64,000 nucleotides of DNA from Octopus sinensis (taxonomy: Eukaryota): NCBI RefSeq assembly GCF_006345805.1, contig NC_042998.1:87172001-87236000 (forward strand), in the 5' to 3' direction. Position 1 is the first letter of the stretch; each line of letters starts with the position of its first letter. This document shows positions 1 through 14,282 of the stretch, piece after piece. A program made the position numbers and the translations under genes. A model generated the notes under the pieces. It saw only the letters and a list, made by a program, of their open reading frames with translations. It was not told the origin of the DNA and did not search any database.

Positions 1-320
1 AGTGTCTTCCACTAAACAAAGCCATATGAGTGGATTTGTAAAAAAAAAAGACTAAAAGAAAAAAAACAGTTGTATGTGTGTATGTGTTGTGTGTGTGTGT
101 TTGCTATTTGTGTTTGTGTTTGTCCACTACCACTGCTTTCAATCAGTGTTGGTTTGTTTACAACCTTGTAGCATAACAGTTCAGAAAAGAGACTGATAGA
201 GTAAATATCAGGTTTAGATATGTGTTTGTTTAGCTATGAACCCTTAAAGCATGGCTGCAGTCCAAAGAGTGAAACAAGTAAAAGATAAAAAAATGAAAGA
301 AGTAAACTTAAAACAAGTAA
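1..320 (+). mobile_element. 3' part of an abundant tRNA-derived SINE with internal (TG/TA)n, cut by the window edge
   Basis: gagtggatttg..(TG)n..aaaagagactgatagagtaa..gcatggctgcagtc..gaaacaagtaaaagata, the same blocks as the full-length copy at 35597-36000. Confidence 0.7.
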
Positions 321-334
321 AAGATATATATATG

Positions 335-1065
335 TATTGTAAAAAATGCAGTCTTTTTATACTTTTATTTTCAAAATTAAGATAAACCAAGTTCTTTTTT
401 AATCTAAGATATATATACTCTCCTTCATTTTCTACAATGCTCTTCCATCTATCTGGTAGACTTGCAAGGCCCCTCTTCCAAAATTCACTTGTCTGTGACA
501 AAAAAATAATCCTCCAGTACTGTTTTGACCTCAGCTACAGAATTCATATCTTTTCTGTCCAAATGATTTTGAAGACTGTGGAATAGATGATAATCAGATG
601 GGGCAAAGTCTGGTGAATATGGTGGGTGAGGCATCATTTCCTATTCAAACTGCTCCAGCCTTTGGAATATCATCCTTGCTGTATGTGGCCAAGCATTATC
701 CTGATGGAAGAACACCTTTCATCTTAAAACCAAAGATGGTTGTTTTTCTTCTCGAGCTGACTTAAGCTGCTTAAACTGCTTGCAGTAGATCTCTTTTGTT
801 ATCATTTAGTTTAGGTTTAGAAGTACAAAGTGATCTAAACCTTTCATATTCCACCAAACAGATAACAACACCTTACATGGGTGAAGACCTTCTTTAGCCT
901 GGGGTGCCAGTGTTTCTCCTTTCCCAACCCACTGTCTTCAGTGCTTGACATTTTTATTGAGAACCCATTTCTTGTCACCAGTCATTATTTGGTCCAAAAA
1001 AGGTTCATTCGTGAGACATGACAGCAAAGAAGAGCACACATATGTAGCTTCCTTACTCATAGTAT
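335..1065 (-). mobile_element. Decayed mariner transposase, 3' two thirds
   Basis: Minus-strand translation across stops and frameshifts gives EPFLDQIMTGDKKW, KVLLSVWW, FHQDNAWPH, PHPPYSPDFAPSDYHLF and FWKRGLASLPDRWKSIVENEGEY. Confidence 0.85.
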
Positions 1066-2617
1066 ACAGACACGTATGATGTGTCAGTAGCCAGCTGGAA
1101 AAGATGTTTTCCTGGGGCTAAACAGTAATAAAATCGTCCTTAGCAAGACTGCCACTTTATGTTGACAAATAGACTTTTCTATCCAGTACTGTTACTACAA
1201 ATTTCTCACTCAGAGATTTAGTTGTTTTTCTCTTTATACATACATATATATATATATATACATGTGTGGGTGTGTGTAGGGGTATTTGCACCCATGTTTT
1301 TGTCATCACATGATGGTTCTAACATAGTATCGACATCATATAAGCAATGCCATTCATATCCAATCTTCTGTGAAAAACATGTCCGGTCGTGGGAAATATT
1401 AACTTACTTGGCAACAAGTGAGGAGTGATTACAGGAAGGATCAAGCTATAGAAAATCAGCTTCAATGATTTTCTTTTGATCCATACAAGCATAGAGGAGT
1501 GGTTGTTATGATGATGATGATGATGATGATGACAATGGCACTTAAATTTCTAATTTGACATGTATGTCAATAAAAAAAGAATGAGTTTTATTTTATCTTT
1601 CTAATATTCTGAAAGTATTTTCTATTTACACAAGAAGAATAACTAATTAAAATTTATGCATCTAAATTACTTTCCTCTTTTCACATATTTAAATAATTAT
1701 TGTTGAGGTAGTAATTAAAAAAATTAATATTCCCAATGTTTAAAGGTAATTTTCCTGACTTATTTTAAATGCATGCAGGCACAGTCATCTCTCATGAATA
1801 AGTATGATACAGCAACATGTATTATCATCATCATCCCTCATTTTGAATCTGGGTTTTGCTCCCATTAACGGGGTTGGCTGGATCAACCTCAATGTCATAG
1901 CAACCGCCCTCACACCATCTCGCCATCTTGCCTGGTTGTGGGCGTCCTCCCTTCTCAAGCCAACCCTCTCAATCTCCTCCTATATACTATACTGTTGCTG
2001 ATTATGAAGGTGCATGACTCAGTGGTTAAAGTGTTGAACTCATGATGATGAAGATTTGGGATCAATTCCTTGAACAGGCAGTGCATCATGTTCTTGAGCC
2101 AGGTACTTTATTACATGTTACTCTTGTCTCTTCAGCTAAAGTAAGTGACTGACAAGTGCTGGCACTGTTTAGTCTTTCCCTCTAGCCTTTCAAGGGTGTT
2201 ACAATTTGAGGCCATGACAAGCCTGCCAGGTATGTATCCTTGTTTAGAGTTACAAATCAAAAGCTATGGCTAAAACAATTCATTGCCTTAGTACTACTGT
2301 GAAAAGCTGTGACTACAATATGGTGATGGTTTGAACCTTCTGCACTGAGCCTCAACTCAAATCTTGATTGTCGTATGGTGCAAACTTCTATTGTCTCTCA
2401 AGAAAGACAGATGCCAAAGAAACAAGGATGGGTTTCTGTATAGCTTCCATCAACTAAATTCCACTTACATGATATCATTCAACTCAGAGCTATAGTAAAA
2501 CATACCTAAATTTCTGTGCATTATGAACAAAATCAAAACAATATGGCTGCTAAGTGAACTTCATGACAATGTAGTGATACCTGCACCTTTATCTGTAGAG
2601 TTTAAATCTTGTTAGAG

Positions 2618-2744
2618 TTATTATTTACATTATTTACATTTGACAGATATTTGTCCGCATCTTGTTTGTTGTTAACACATTTTGGCTGATATACCTTCCA
2701 GCCTTCATCAGGTGTCTTGGGGAAATTTCAAGCCTGGGTTCTCA
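2618..2744 (-). mobile_element. Degenerate HHR-bearing 3' tail, same family as 48892-49009
   Basis: Reverse complement reads gacacCTGATGAaggctggaaggtatatcagccAAAAtgtgttaacaacaaacaagatg..tgtaaataatgtaaataa; the GAAA core is mutated. Confidence 0.75.
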
Positions 2745-5409
2745 GAAGTTTAGAATTGTTATTCTTCTGAAGTAAATGAATAAATACATTGGGTTTTCAG
2801 AAAAAAAAAATTTTTTTGGTACTCCATCATCATTTGTTTGCAAAGAGGTAAAATTTATTCAATTTTCTAAATGATGAATAAATATCGTAGAGGAAGAATA
2901 ATGCTACAAAATAAACAAATGAATAAATAAATGAATAAAAGACTGCAATAAAAATATGCTTTGTGTTAACTCAGATAACACTGGAAAAGATTAAAATAAA
3001 TGATATAAAAAAATTAGCAAATTTATGACAACCTAATATAAAAAAATACCAGCTGTATACAGGACAAAACAAATATTTCATATCAAATGTGTAGCTATGT
3101 GTTAATGCAAAAAATCAGTGTATTTTCTTGTAATAAGATGAGAAAATCTGAATTATACTGATAGTAAAAACATATCACTTTCCAAAAGTTTAATGATAAA
3201 GATCCTTGTTCATAGAGTTTACTTCATACCATCATTCATCTTGAGTGTTTTTTAAGTTGTTTAATTTTTATCTCAGTTTATCATCTTAATGTTAGAAGTA
3301 ACTACTAAAGGTGTTATAATATGTGGAGCTTGTATGATTCTGAGAAAGTACAGATAAAAATAAAGAATGCAGATTAAAGCTGGAAATATATGTTTAGAAA
3401 TTTTTAATTTATTATATCTTATTTATAAGATGAAATAAATTAGTTTCAAATTTTTGGCACAAGTTCAGTAACTTTGGGGGAGAGGGTAAGTCAAATACCC
3501 TAGTCCTTAACTGGTACTTATTTTATCAAACCCGAAAGAATGAAATGTATGTTGACCTTGGTAGAATTGGAACTCAAAATGTAAAGAGAGATGAATAAAA
3601 TGAAATAATATTGATTTCTAAGTACCAATGGAACAAATTTTCTATGAGGAAGGATCAAGGATTGTACCAAATCTTATACTTGACTGATACTTTCATTTAT
3701 TGACTTAGGAAGAATGAAAGGTTCTCCCCAGTGGGATTTGAACTCAGAACACAAAGAGGCATCACTAAATCACATGATACTTTATCAAAGACATTACCAA
3801 TTTTGCCTAATATTATTACACTATATTTCTATGATAATAAATTACAAGATAAAGTTAGATTATAGTATTAAATTCTAAAAAAATATGTATGAGATAAGAA
3901 CAATATTTAGCTTGATTCCAAATGCTTGGATGTGCTCTTTCTATAAATTTACTTGAACTGTGAGCTATTTTAACAACTGAGCCACTCAAAAAAGATGCAT
4001 TCATCCTTCCAAATTTCCAATAGTTTTTACAAATGAACAGAAAAGAATGTTTACCGTTCATCTATTAAGTAAAAATTAAAGTTGAAAGCTGCAGACAGTT
4101 GTCTGTCATATACGTTAGAAGCTCTTTGTTACAGTCTATCATTGAATTGGAGAAACAAAAGACTAAAGTGATAATTACTTGCTGATGTAGCTCTTATGAA
4201 AATGAAAGTAGGGCATATATTGTTTCATTCAGTTACATATGGAAGAAACTTCTTTTAGAAGAAGAAAAAACATAATATAATAAAGCAGCATAATATAATA
4301 AAAGAAAAAACTATATGATAAAATAAATTCAATATAAGATTTCAAAGCAAGGGAATGATTTTATTATTGCAATACAGAGTCCTGTTAGAATTGACCTCTT
4401 CATTATGACAGTTCCTGTTACTTGATAAATGATCTTAATAGCATTGACAAGGTATATTAATATTTAGCAGAGTCTAATATGACAGCATGACTATATTTGC
4501 TATTTGTATTTCCAAAGTTTACACAGTCTGACTGACAGCTCATTGGGATTCTTCAAATAACATATGTTAGGAAACAGAAATTACTGGAAGACTTAGGATA
4601 TCAATATACATTCATATTTACCAAAATGTATAATTTCTGGGGATGAGAGAAATATTTTTGAAGTTTCTATCTATTGAAATTAGTCATTATGTTTTCTTTC
4701 TCCCTTTTACTATTATTTTTAATTTTTCATTGGATTTCACAACATGACATGATATCAACACAGAATTTCTATTGATTATATTTTATTAAATATTCATAAA
4801 CACAATATTAAGGCATTTAACTGTGAAATATTTGTTTATTACCTAAATCAACATGAAAATTCATCATTATAATATTTTTTTTAATTTTGGCACAAAACCA
4901 GCAAGTTGATTTCATTGACCCCATTGCTCAACTGGCACTTATTTTATTGACAGGATGAAAAGAAGAAAGGCAAAGTTGACCTTTGTGACATTTGTACCCA
5001 GATTATAAAGAAGTGGAAGAAATGCCTCTGAGCATTTTGTCCACCATTTCTGCCAACTCATCAGCTTCATTTGTTATAGAATAATGTTCATCAGAACCTA
5101 TTGGGTATCATAAAACTTGTGGAAAATAGCTATTTTTGCTCTTCTGACTATAAAATTAATCTTCCTTTACCAAAGTACAACTGATACATGTTTCTGTTTT
5201 ACTGAATCAGACTTGATACCAAAAAGTTTCTTTGTTTCTTTGACTCCTAAACTGCAGCCCAGCCCTCTGGAACTCATTTCCTACATCACTTCAATTACTG
5301 ATCCAATTACTAACCTGCAATAATTCAAATCAAACATCAATCATGCTAATTGATTCCAATTAAACCAATTTTTAGGAGAACTTTGAAAAAATCATAAACC
5401 ATTACCTTC

Positions 5410-5640
5410 TCCAACCCCCCCCCCCCACAACCTTCTCCTCCTTTTCTCCCTTCATCTTTTTTCTTTCCCTCTTCATCCCCCCTCTTTTCCTCCCCCTTCA
5501 GTCCCTCCTCCTTTTTTCTCCACCATGACTATCCTCCTTTTCTTCCTCCTCTTCTTTCTTCCCTTCTTTCACTCTCATTTCCTCTCCCTCTCTGTCTGCT
5601 TTGTCCTACCACCACTTCCTCTTCTTTTTCTTCCTCATCC
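5410..5640. repeat. C/T-rich low-complexity tract
   Basis: About 230 nt of almost only C and T, starting with a long C run. Confidence 0.8.
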
Positions 5641-5880
5641 ATCATTTAAAAATAATTTAAAAAATCAAAATAAAATACATTCCAGTGTCTTTAGCCTTTT
5701 TTGCACTAATTGAATCTATCTCATCCATCTATGTTACTGTAACCCTTTCCAGGCTTCACTCATAGACAACCAGACTAAATAAGAATCAACCAAACATGAC
5801 ATGAGATGACTTTGACAGTCAACTCTTGACGTCTAATCTCCACCTTCTTTTCACAAACATAAAATGAAATAAATATTGCT

Positions 5881-5988
5881 TTAGTCTTGTTTATACCAGC
5901 TTTGCAGTGTTCGTATGTAAAAAGAATCCTTAACTCTTCTTTTAAAGATCGATTGCTCTGCATCTTTGACCTTTAAATTCTTCTGACT
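5881..5988 (-). mobile_element. Possible remnant of a Penelope-like GIY-YIG C-terminus
   Basis: SQKNLKVKDAEQSIFKRRVKDSFYIRTLQSWYKQD* resembles the ILD.E....KR.IKE.I.I...P.LN.D pattern at the end of PLE endonucleases. Confidence 0.4.
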
Positions 5989-7087
5989 GCTTTGGAAAAA
6001 GACAAAATAACAGCATATACTCAAGCAAAAAAAAAAAAGAAATCTTATTGATTCTTGTATTTGCCTTTTTTGAAAGTATTCATGGAACTGTTAATCAATA
6101 ATGCATGTCTGATTCTAAATATACCAATAATCTTTTCCTCCAAAAAAAACTTTAAAATTTACTTTACAGTTTTATATTAACTCACTTAAAACAACTACAC
6201 AGTTATTTGAATCTTTGGCATGTGTTTAAAGATAATATAGTAGCATTTGAATTAACAGGAATGTGTTTATGAGTGTGTGGAGAAGAGAAGAAAAAATACA
6301 GACACTAAACTGAAAATAGATTATACCTCATATAGGAAAGCTCCATCATGAATGTAGTGAATGTTTCCTGATAATTTATATGTCAATGCAAAGATGGAAA
6401 CACATATATACCTACTTGTATACACCTACTTCTGAATTTACAGTTCTTCAACTAATAAGGAATGTTTCATATCTGCTGTACTTAAAGGGCAATGGATTAA
6501 CAGAATCATTAGAGCATAGGATATATCAGAATACAACTGACATAAACAAAAACTCAAAAAATACAGAATTGAGAGAGTTCTTTAGTCATGTTAAAGACAA
6601 AATAACTTTTGTTGTATTGGCACCATGATAAAATGCACATCTGCATTCTGTAAAGTAGTTGGTGTTAAGAAGAGTATCCAGCTATAGAAACTATACCAAG
6701 ACTTGTCAGAATTAGCAAAGATAGCAAATATATCAAGTAGTGAGGTCCATTTAGCAAATAGGGTGGTCCTCTTGGGTGGTTTCAAGTGCAAAGAGTAGTC
6801 CACTGGCCTGTCTTGAAGTGCAATAATTCTGAACAAGAACTGGCTAACACCGTGACAATCTGCCTGCATGTAAAACAGATCAAAATGACATATGCACTTT
6901 ATACATACATACATACATACATACATACATACATACATACATTCATACATACATACATACACACATGCATACATACATACACACATGCATAAATATGTAA
7001 TATAAATGCAATGATCAATAAAAAGGACAGCATGGAGGAGACAAGGTTCAGCAAATATGGTATTTGCTATTCATAAATATATGTATA

Positions 7088-7316
7088 CTCTTTTATTCTT
7101 TTATTTGTTTCAGTCATTTGAATGTGGCCATGTTGGAGCACTGCATTTAGTCAAACAAACTGCCCCCAGGACTTATTCTTTGTAAACCTAGTACTTATTC
7201 TATCTGTTTCTTTTGCTGAACTGCTAAGTTACAGGGATATAAACACACCAACATCGGTTGTCATGCAATGGTGGGGGGACAAACACAGACACACAAATAT
7301 ACACATACACATACAT

Positions 7317-7349
<33 letters not shown>

Positions 7350-7510
7350 CGACAGGCTTCTTTCAGTTTCCATCTACCAAATCCACTCACAAGGCTTTGG
7401 TCAGCCCGAGGTTATAATAGAAAACACTTGCCCATGGTGCCACGCAGTGGGACTGAACCTGGAAGTATGTCGCTGGTAAGCAAGCTACTTATCACACAGC
7501 TACTCCTGTG
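7088..7510 (-). mobile_element. Near full-length tRNA-derived SINE
   Basis: Reverse complement of the 35597-36000 family: head caggagtagctgtgtgataagtagcttgc..ggttcagtccc, internal (TA/TG)n, tail gactgaaacaaataaaagaata. Confidence 0.8.
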
Positions 7511-7944
7511 GAGATATTTATTTCATCATCAGCATCATAATCACTTAACATCTCTGTTCCATGATGGCATGGGTTAGATGGCTCTGCAGGATCTGATGAA
7601 GCAGAGAAATACAATAATTTCAATGTCTGCTTTGGCAGGGTTTCTATGACTGGATACCTTTCCTCATGCCAAACTCTTTACAGATGGTACTAGGTGTTTT
7701 TTACATTGAAGTACCACTAGTAAGATTACCAATGACTTGCAAAACACAACCCTATGAGTGAGTGGAGATGCAGTATTGAGGAAGGTGGCTTCATGCTAGG
7801 TGTTGGGTGGATGCAAAAGGATGATCGAAGGACAAGTACAGGTCTCATATGTATAAGTATACACACACACACACACACACACACATACACACATATGCAC
7901 AAACAAACACACATACGCATATACATGTGTGAGTGAGTGTCATC

Positions 7945-8270
7945 ATCATCATCATCATCGTCGTTTAATGTCCATTTTCCATGCTGGCATGGGTTAGATG
8001 GTTTGATTGAGGGCTGGCAAGCCAGAAGGCTGCACCAGGCTCCAATCTGATCTGGTAATGTTTCTACAGCTGGATGCCCTTCCTAACGCCAACAACTCCG
8101 AGGGTGTAGTTGGGTGCTTTTTATGTGCCACAGGCACAAGGGCCAGTCAAGCGGTACTGGCATCGGCCACGCTTGAATGGTGCTTTTTACATGCCACTGG
8201 CATGAGACCAGTCAAGCGGTACTGGCATCGACCACACATGAATGGTGCTGTTTACATGCCACCGGCACGT
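7945..8270 (-). mobile_element. 3' end of an RTE-clade LINE, or a SINE sharing its tail, ending in (ATG)n
   Basis: Matches the tail of the RTE at 33640-33829; (CAT)n then cgtttaatgtcc..atgctggcatgggttagatgg; three units of the ~60-nt UTR minisatellite. Confidence 0.75.
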
Positions 8271-8482
8271 GTCTATGTATAAAAAAAAAAAGATGGATTT
8301 CTGCTAAGTTTCCAATCCCAGATTTCAATCACAAGGCATTAATTCAACCTGAAGCTATAGGAGAAGACAATTGCACCAGGTGTTGTAACATAAGATTGAA
8401 CTGAGAACTGTGACATGAACCTGTGACTACTCAAAAGTTAATAAAATGGTAAACATTTTGTAGGAGGCTCTTAAACAATGCA

Positions 8483-8895
8483 GCATGGCTTTGTGGTAAG
8501 AAGTACACTTCTGGACCACATAGTAGTAGGTTCAGTCCTAATGCATGGCACATTAGGCATGCGTCTTCCATTGTAGCCTCAGGTTGACCAAAGCCTTGTG
8601 AATGGATTTGGTAGAAGGAAACTGATAGAAGCTTATCATATATGTATGTGTGTGTGGTGTGTGTATGTGAATGTATGTGTGTGTGCATATATCTTTGTGT
8701 CTATGTTTATCCCCCACCACCATTAGACAACCGATGTTGGTGTGTTTGCATCCCCATAACTTAGTGGTTTGGCAAAAGAGACTGATAGAGTAAGTACCAG
8801 ACTTCAAAAATATGTACTGGGATCAATTCATTCAACTAAAATTCTTCAGGGTGGTGCCCAGCATGGCCACAGTCTAATGACTGAAACAAGTAAAA
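8483..8895 (+). mobile_element. tRNA-derived SINE; a second partial head follows at about 8908-9065
   Basis: gcatggctttgtggtaagaagt..ggttcagtcc..gatttggtagaaggaaactg..(TG)n..gggtggtgcccagcatggccacagtctaatgactgaaacaagtaaaag. Confidence 0.75.
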
Positions 8896-9344
8896 GGTAT
8901 ACAGGTGCAGGTATGGCTGTATGACACAAAATTTGCTATCCATCCTATGATTTCCATCTCACTGGGTGACACCTTGGACAAGTGTCTTCCATTATAGTCC
9001 CAGGCAACCAAAGCCTTGTGAGTGAATTTGGCATACAGAAACTGAAAGAAGCCCATTATTTATATGTATGTGTGTGCATATACATGTTACTGTCTTCTTG
9101 TCTTGACATTACATAATAGTTGTTTACAGGTCCATCTTGCAAACTGCCCTTTATTTTCAATCTTTATTTCCAATCTTTGTGAAAATATGTCTAGTCATGG
9201 TAAAATATTATCTTACCTGGAAATAGGTGAGGGTTGGCAACAGAAAGAACATTTAACCATAGAGAATCTACCTTAACAAAATTCTGTCCTACCCATGCAA
9301 GCATGGAAAAATGTATGTTAAGCTGGTAATAATAAAAATCAATT

Positions 9345-9655
9345 GTAATAATGTTCTTGTGTTTTGCTCCATCACAACATATGAATGAGAAAGGAAGGGG
9401 TGATGTGATAGATGAATAAGGAAGGAAGGGGTAATGGTAAACTTGGTAGTGAGATGATGGACATTTAATGCTAAAAAGAAAAATCAAACAGCGTTTCAAC
9501 TCTGTGTGAGTATATGTGTGTATGTGTGTGCATGTACAATGGAAGTATGTGAATGCATGTGAACATTGACAAGTGTATTAATTTGATTTACCATCTATAT
9601 TTATATATGAAATACTACAATTAGCCGTCATTTTTGCCTCACAGGGCCAGCTAAT
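9345..9655 (+). mobile_element. Degenerate non-autonomous Helitron-like element, same family as 55980-56424
   Basis: Colinear with 55980-56424 (atgaatgagaaaggaagggg..tttcaactctgtgtgagtata..aacattgacaagtgtattaattt..ttagccgtcattttt); terminal CTAG decayed. Confidence 0.55.
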
Positions 9656-10197
9656 GATAATATAATTGTCGTATTTTAAGAGGGTCATTATGCCAATAAT
9701 GAACATGCACATTGGTTGTATTTTGCTTTTTTATTATTTACTTGTCAGTTGGTTAACTGTTTAGTCAATTAACTTATCAACTGTTTGATTGATTGTTCAG
9801 TAAATCAATCAATCAGTTACATTTCATCACTCTTCATGACTTCATCGATGACGCCCTCTCTTCAGCAGGTCTGCTTAAAACAGTATGTATAATCATGTGT
9901 GTGTGTGAGAGAGAGAAGGAGAGAGAGAGAGAGAGAGAGTGCATGTGTACATATACATATATATAGAGAGAGAGACAAAAGTTAGAAGCATGTTGAATTG
10001 TGAATGAAAAAGCATACCTTTTTCTTTCATCATAATCATCATCGTCATTTAATGTCCACTTTCCATGCTTGTATGGGTTGGACAGTTTGACTGAGGGCTG
10101 GCAAGTCAGAAGGTTGGACCAGACTCCAATCTGATCTAGCAGAGTTTCTACAGCTAGATGCCCTCTCTAACTATTTTGAAATATATATATATATACA

Positions 10198-10670
10198 TAC
10201 AAATAATATGGGTAGCATATTAGCAATTTATCAACCTAAAAGCAAATTTATAGATGTCACTAATGTGACAGAAGGTACTAAGTGGTACAGGCATTACTAG
10301 TGCCACAGAAGCACTATCTGACAAGGGGAGATAAGTTCCCCAGTGGACGTAGCCAGATCACCAGCAATTCCGAATTTTGATCAGTGCATCTTAATTCTCA
10401 TTGGTGGTTCTTACCATGCTTAGGGTTAAACACAACTCACCTTGTTGGTTTATAAGACAACCACTGAACTCATATGCTGATACCAAAATTAGTGAAAGTG
10501 AAAACTACAAATAATATGGGTGGCTTATTAGCAATTTAACAACCTAAAGGCAAATTTATAGATGTCACTAATGTGACAGAGGGTGTTAAGTGGAACGAGC
10601 ATTGCTAGAAATAAGAGTCAAAATAGCTCAATTGCCACAGAAACACTATTCTAATGACTGACAAGGGGAG
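10198..10670. repeat. Imperfect direct repeat (10198-10330 and 10506-10670) around a ~175-nt spacer
   Basis: Both copies read tacaaataatatgggt..ttagcaattta.caacctaaa.gcaaatttatagatgtcactaatgtgacaga..ctgacaaggggag; the second has two small insertions. Confidence 0.85.
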
Positions 10671-11779
10671 GATGAATATGAATTATAAAGCTATCAGAAA
10701 TAGAGGGGTGAGCAGAAAAGATGAGAGCTAAAGAAGATAGAAAATGAAAATGAAGAAATTGGTAGTTGGAGGGAAGAGGTAGACAAAAATGGTTTAGGAA
10801 TACAAAACAAAATAAAACAATAACAGAGCAGAAATATTCGTAAAATTTTTAAAAGATCATTCTTCTGAGAAATTTCGTTGCATGTAAAAAGAATGAATAT
10901 AAATTGGTTGTTTTCTGGTTAAAACATTCTTTGAACTTTTTCATTGTATCAAGGCACTTTACATGAGTATTATTATAAGACGAATCAAGAGAACCTATAT
11001 GTGGTCATTCACCCAACTAGAAATAGCAGCCAAATCACCCTGAATCAAACCTCATCTTACTGTCTTAAAAAAGAATGTTAGGATGCAATGAATAATGTAG
11101 TCTTACACATTTTGCCAATGATAAAAAAGACAGGATGGTCATGAGGGGAATGTTTTTTGTCATTTCTCTTCACAACAAGAAAGTAGCTAAAAATACATAT
11201 ATTAGATTAGCTTTCCATAAGTGACACGTCCTACATATTCAATTAACTGCTTTGTTTCTTTTTCTTGATTACAAATAACAAAAATAGAATTGCTGTGTTC
11301 ACAGAATAATATTTATGTTTCCATGAATATTCTTGTTTTTTTAAAAATATTTTTGTAAATATACACACACACATACATTTGTAAATATCTATTATCTTGG
11401 ATGTTTTGGTTATTATATTGGTTATTTTTTTACTACGCATGTTTCTAACGCTCAATTGAAGAAATCTGGATACTTTTACACATTTCAGCCATCATTATTA
11501 TCATCCGCACCATCATCACTGCTGTTGGCCTGCATTTAAGTTGTCATCTAAGTCATCTCTGTTTTATGCCATGTAATTTGAAAATGCCTATCTTTCTTAT
11601 ATAAATTCATCTCTGAACTCTATTCTATCCATACCTATATGTTATATACACCTATTTCTGTCCATATTTTCACAGCAACAGAATAGTTGGTTTCCAATTT
11701 CTAATATTTTAATGACCATAGGTGAAGACTGTGAATACAAGCTATTTCTTTACTACCCAAAGCAGCACTCTGGACTAAT

Positions 11780-12120
11780 GTTACTCAGCAGGTTACCTGG
11801 CTTTGAGATCAGGGAGTCTTTCCAGGTCAAGCCACTATTTCTCTGCATTGAGAGATCACTGCTCCAGTACTATAGACATGTAGTTAGAACGCCACAGGAA
11901 AGGATCATAATACAAGTTTTTCAAGTCGAACCTACAAGCTGATAGGAGACCTAGGGATAGACCAAGAATGAGATGGTAATATAATATCCACAGTTTCAGT
12001 TGGTCATTCATGGAAATCCAGTTAAAAGTGCTAATGGTGGTTGCTGCTGATAGGACCTTACGTAGGAAGTCCCTGAGGACTCTATACCTATGATCCACAA
12101 AAGAATAGTGGGTGGTAAAA
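11780..12120 (+). mobile_element. 3' coding remnant of an RTE-clade LINE; a similar minus-strand remnant lies at about 14790-14990
   Basis: IERSLLQYYRHVVRTPQER and RPRDRPRMRW resemble the RTE C-terminal IE..QLRWFGH..RM and RPRGRPR.RW.D. Confidence 0.6.
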
Positions 12121-12681
12121 ACGTATTGGAGAGATGGACTGTTTTAATGTATGATGCTTTGTATGAGGAGAGCAGTAGTATAGAAGGGAAAGTGAAGGCA
12201 TGTGGCCTTGTGGTTAGAGTGATACACGCAAGATTGTGAGATTGGGATTTCGATTCCCAGACCAGCTGTGCATTGTGTTCTAGAGCAAAACACTTCATTT
12301 TACATTGCTCAAATTCATTTCACATTGCTCAACTGTGAATGATTAACTTTATTATGGATTGGCATACAAGGGTGAGATGGTGACTCAGGAAAATAATTTG
12401 AGGTCCCATGAGCCATTTTTTGTATTCCCCGATTGAGAGGGTGAGTATTACAACCTGTACTGTGAATCCTGGTTGATTGGGATTAGGTGTTCAAACACAT
12501 CAATTAGAAAAAAGGGGAAACTTCAAGAAAGTCACCCCTCTCAGCATATAATTTTGATTGTTAGTTGTTGATAACACCCCTTTAACATCACTAACATGCC
12601 CTTATTTAATGAGGAAACCAGCCCTACGTCAGTATGATATTCAAAAACAACCTGTTGATAAATGAAGAGTATTTTCTTTAA

Positions 12682-12902
12682 CCCTTTTGGTACCAACCCG
12701 GCTGAAACCAGCTCTTGCTCTGGAGTACAAATGTCTTGTTTTCAAAAGTCTTGAATTAAAGTTTTCCACCAAACCTTAGTCACAATTTATGTTCCTAACA
12801 CTTGCTTAATGATAACTAAGTTATTTTACTAAATTCTTTGTTATATTTAAAGTAATTGAAAGAAACACAGACAATCTCAAAATAAATACAGTAACGAAAG
12901 GG
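12682..12902. mobile_element. 221-bp MITE with piggyBac-like ends
   Basis: TTAA at 12678-12681 and 12903-12906 flank CCCTTT...AAAGGG; non-coding; a second copy lies at about 14310-14514. Confidence 0.75.
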
Positions 12903-14282
12903 TTAATGAATTCCTAGGCTTTTTCAAGTAATGCTTGTCACCAATTTCTATGGTTCTAAGCAAATTAAAGACAAATCTTAACAGTATATAAGTAAGGTAA
13001 AGAATCATTTTCCAATGTGGCAATGCATTGTCTGGTTTGGCAATTGAGAACTCACACTGTCATAGCTGTTATCATTGTCATTGTAATCACCATCATTATC
13101 ATCGTCATCGTCATCATTGTTGTTGTCATCGTCATTTAACATCCACTTTTCTGTGCTTGCATGAGGCATATTTTCTGTTGAGGCACATTTTCTACGACCT
13201 GATAGTGCAAGTAACAGAATACTAATCACTGACCTACCACATGATTGACTTATATACTGCCGACTAAGACATCAGCTCTTGTGCATACGGATACATCTGT
13301 TATAAAGTGTGTTAGCTCCAAAGTGACAAGAATCTATTGACCAGGTTTCTGGCAAATTTATCTTTTTATGAAAATACAAACAACATAATCAAGGTTCTAT
13401 AGCTTAATATTAATTTGAACATTAGTTAATAGACCAAAGAAAAGCATGAGAATTATTGTTATTTGCTAACTCCATATTATCACTGATCAAGCAGTATATA
13501 AATAAAGGTGTTCCAATCATAGCCATTCCGGCTTCTAATATCAGGTCTTATATTGTTCAATGTGCTTTTCCTTTTCTTTAAGACAAGAATGAGCTAAAGG
13601 AGATCTAGTTATTGTTTCTATCAGGCATAGGTTTGGGGACAGGAGGATCAGGGGATGCAAGCATGTCCCCTAAAATTTTTAGGGCTAAGGAAAATGCTTT
13701 GAACACCCTGGGTTGGGACTGGGTTTGCATCCCCTAAACATATTTCATTTCCACCCTTATACTAGCAGGTTGCATAGCCATGTAGAGGTACCCTCATTGA
13801 GTTATGTAAAAGCTGCTTCATTGGTTCATATAGAATATGGCTCTCTCATTTTATGGAGGTTGTTTTGTAAAAAAAACATTTATACCTAGTTGGAAATAGA
13901 CATTTAAGAATAACAGGTGCTATTTACATGATGAGAATCAGAAAAGTTCTTATGCTGAGACAGTTTTAATGGAATTCACTGCTTTGTAAGACATGTTTGT
14001 TACAGAAGAGTACAGAATTAACCTGATGATGAGCCAAGTTCTGAAAATTGTATTTACAAATCTTAAAGCAGTAATTAATGTTAGCAAAAGAAGTGATATT
14101 GTCAACCAAAATACAAAACTAATATATCAAAATGGGCTTTGTCAACAAATATTTGGCTTTGATGAAAAATATGGAGTTATTTTTTTGTAAATGCTAAAAC
14201 TAGTTTATTATTTTAGAACAAATTTAAGAATAACAACAAAATATTTACTGCTTGGAAGACTCAATATTAAAAGTAGAGTAAA

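Noticed and set aside
7590-7615. CTGATGA followed by GAAA (similar cores near 16345 and 48360)
   Set aside because: No stem II pairing or no downstream GAAA/stem III; chance matches.
9800-9870. GC-richer patch that could be a small exon on either strand
   Set aside because: All minus frames stop quickly; the plus frame has a weak donor and no similarity to KCNQ1.
13626-13760. Possible hAT-like MITE (11-bp inverted repeat at 13650-13660 / 13725-13735)
   Set aside because: Termini and target duplication could not be defined.
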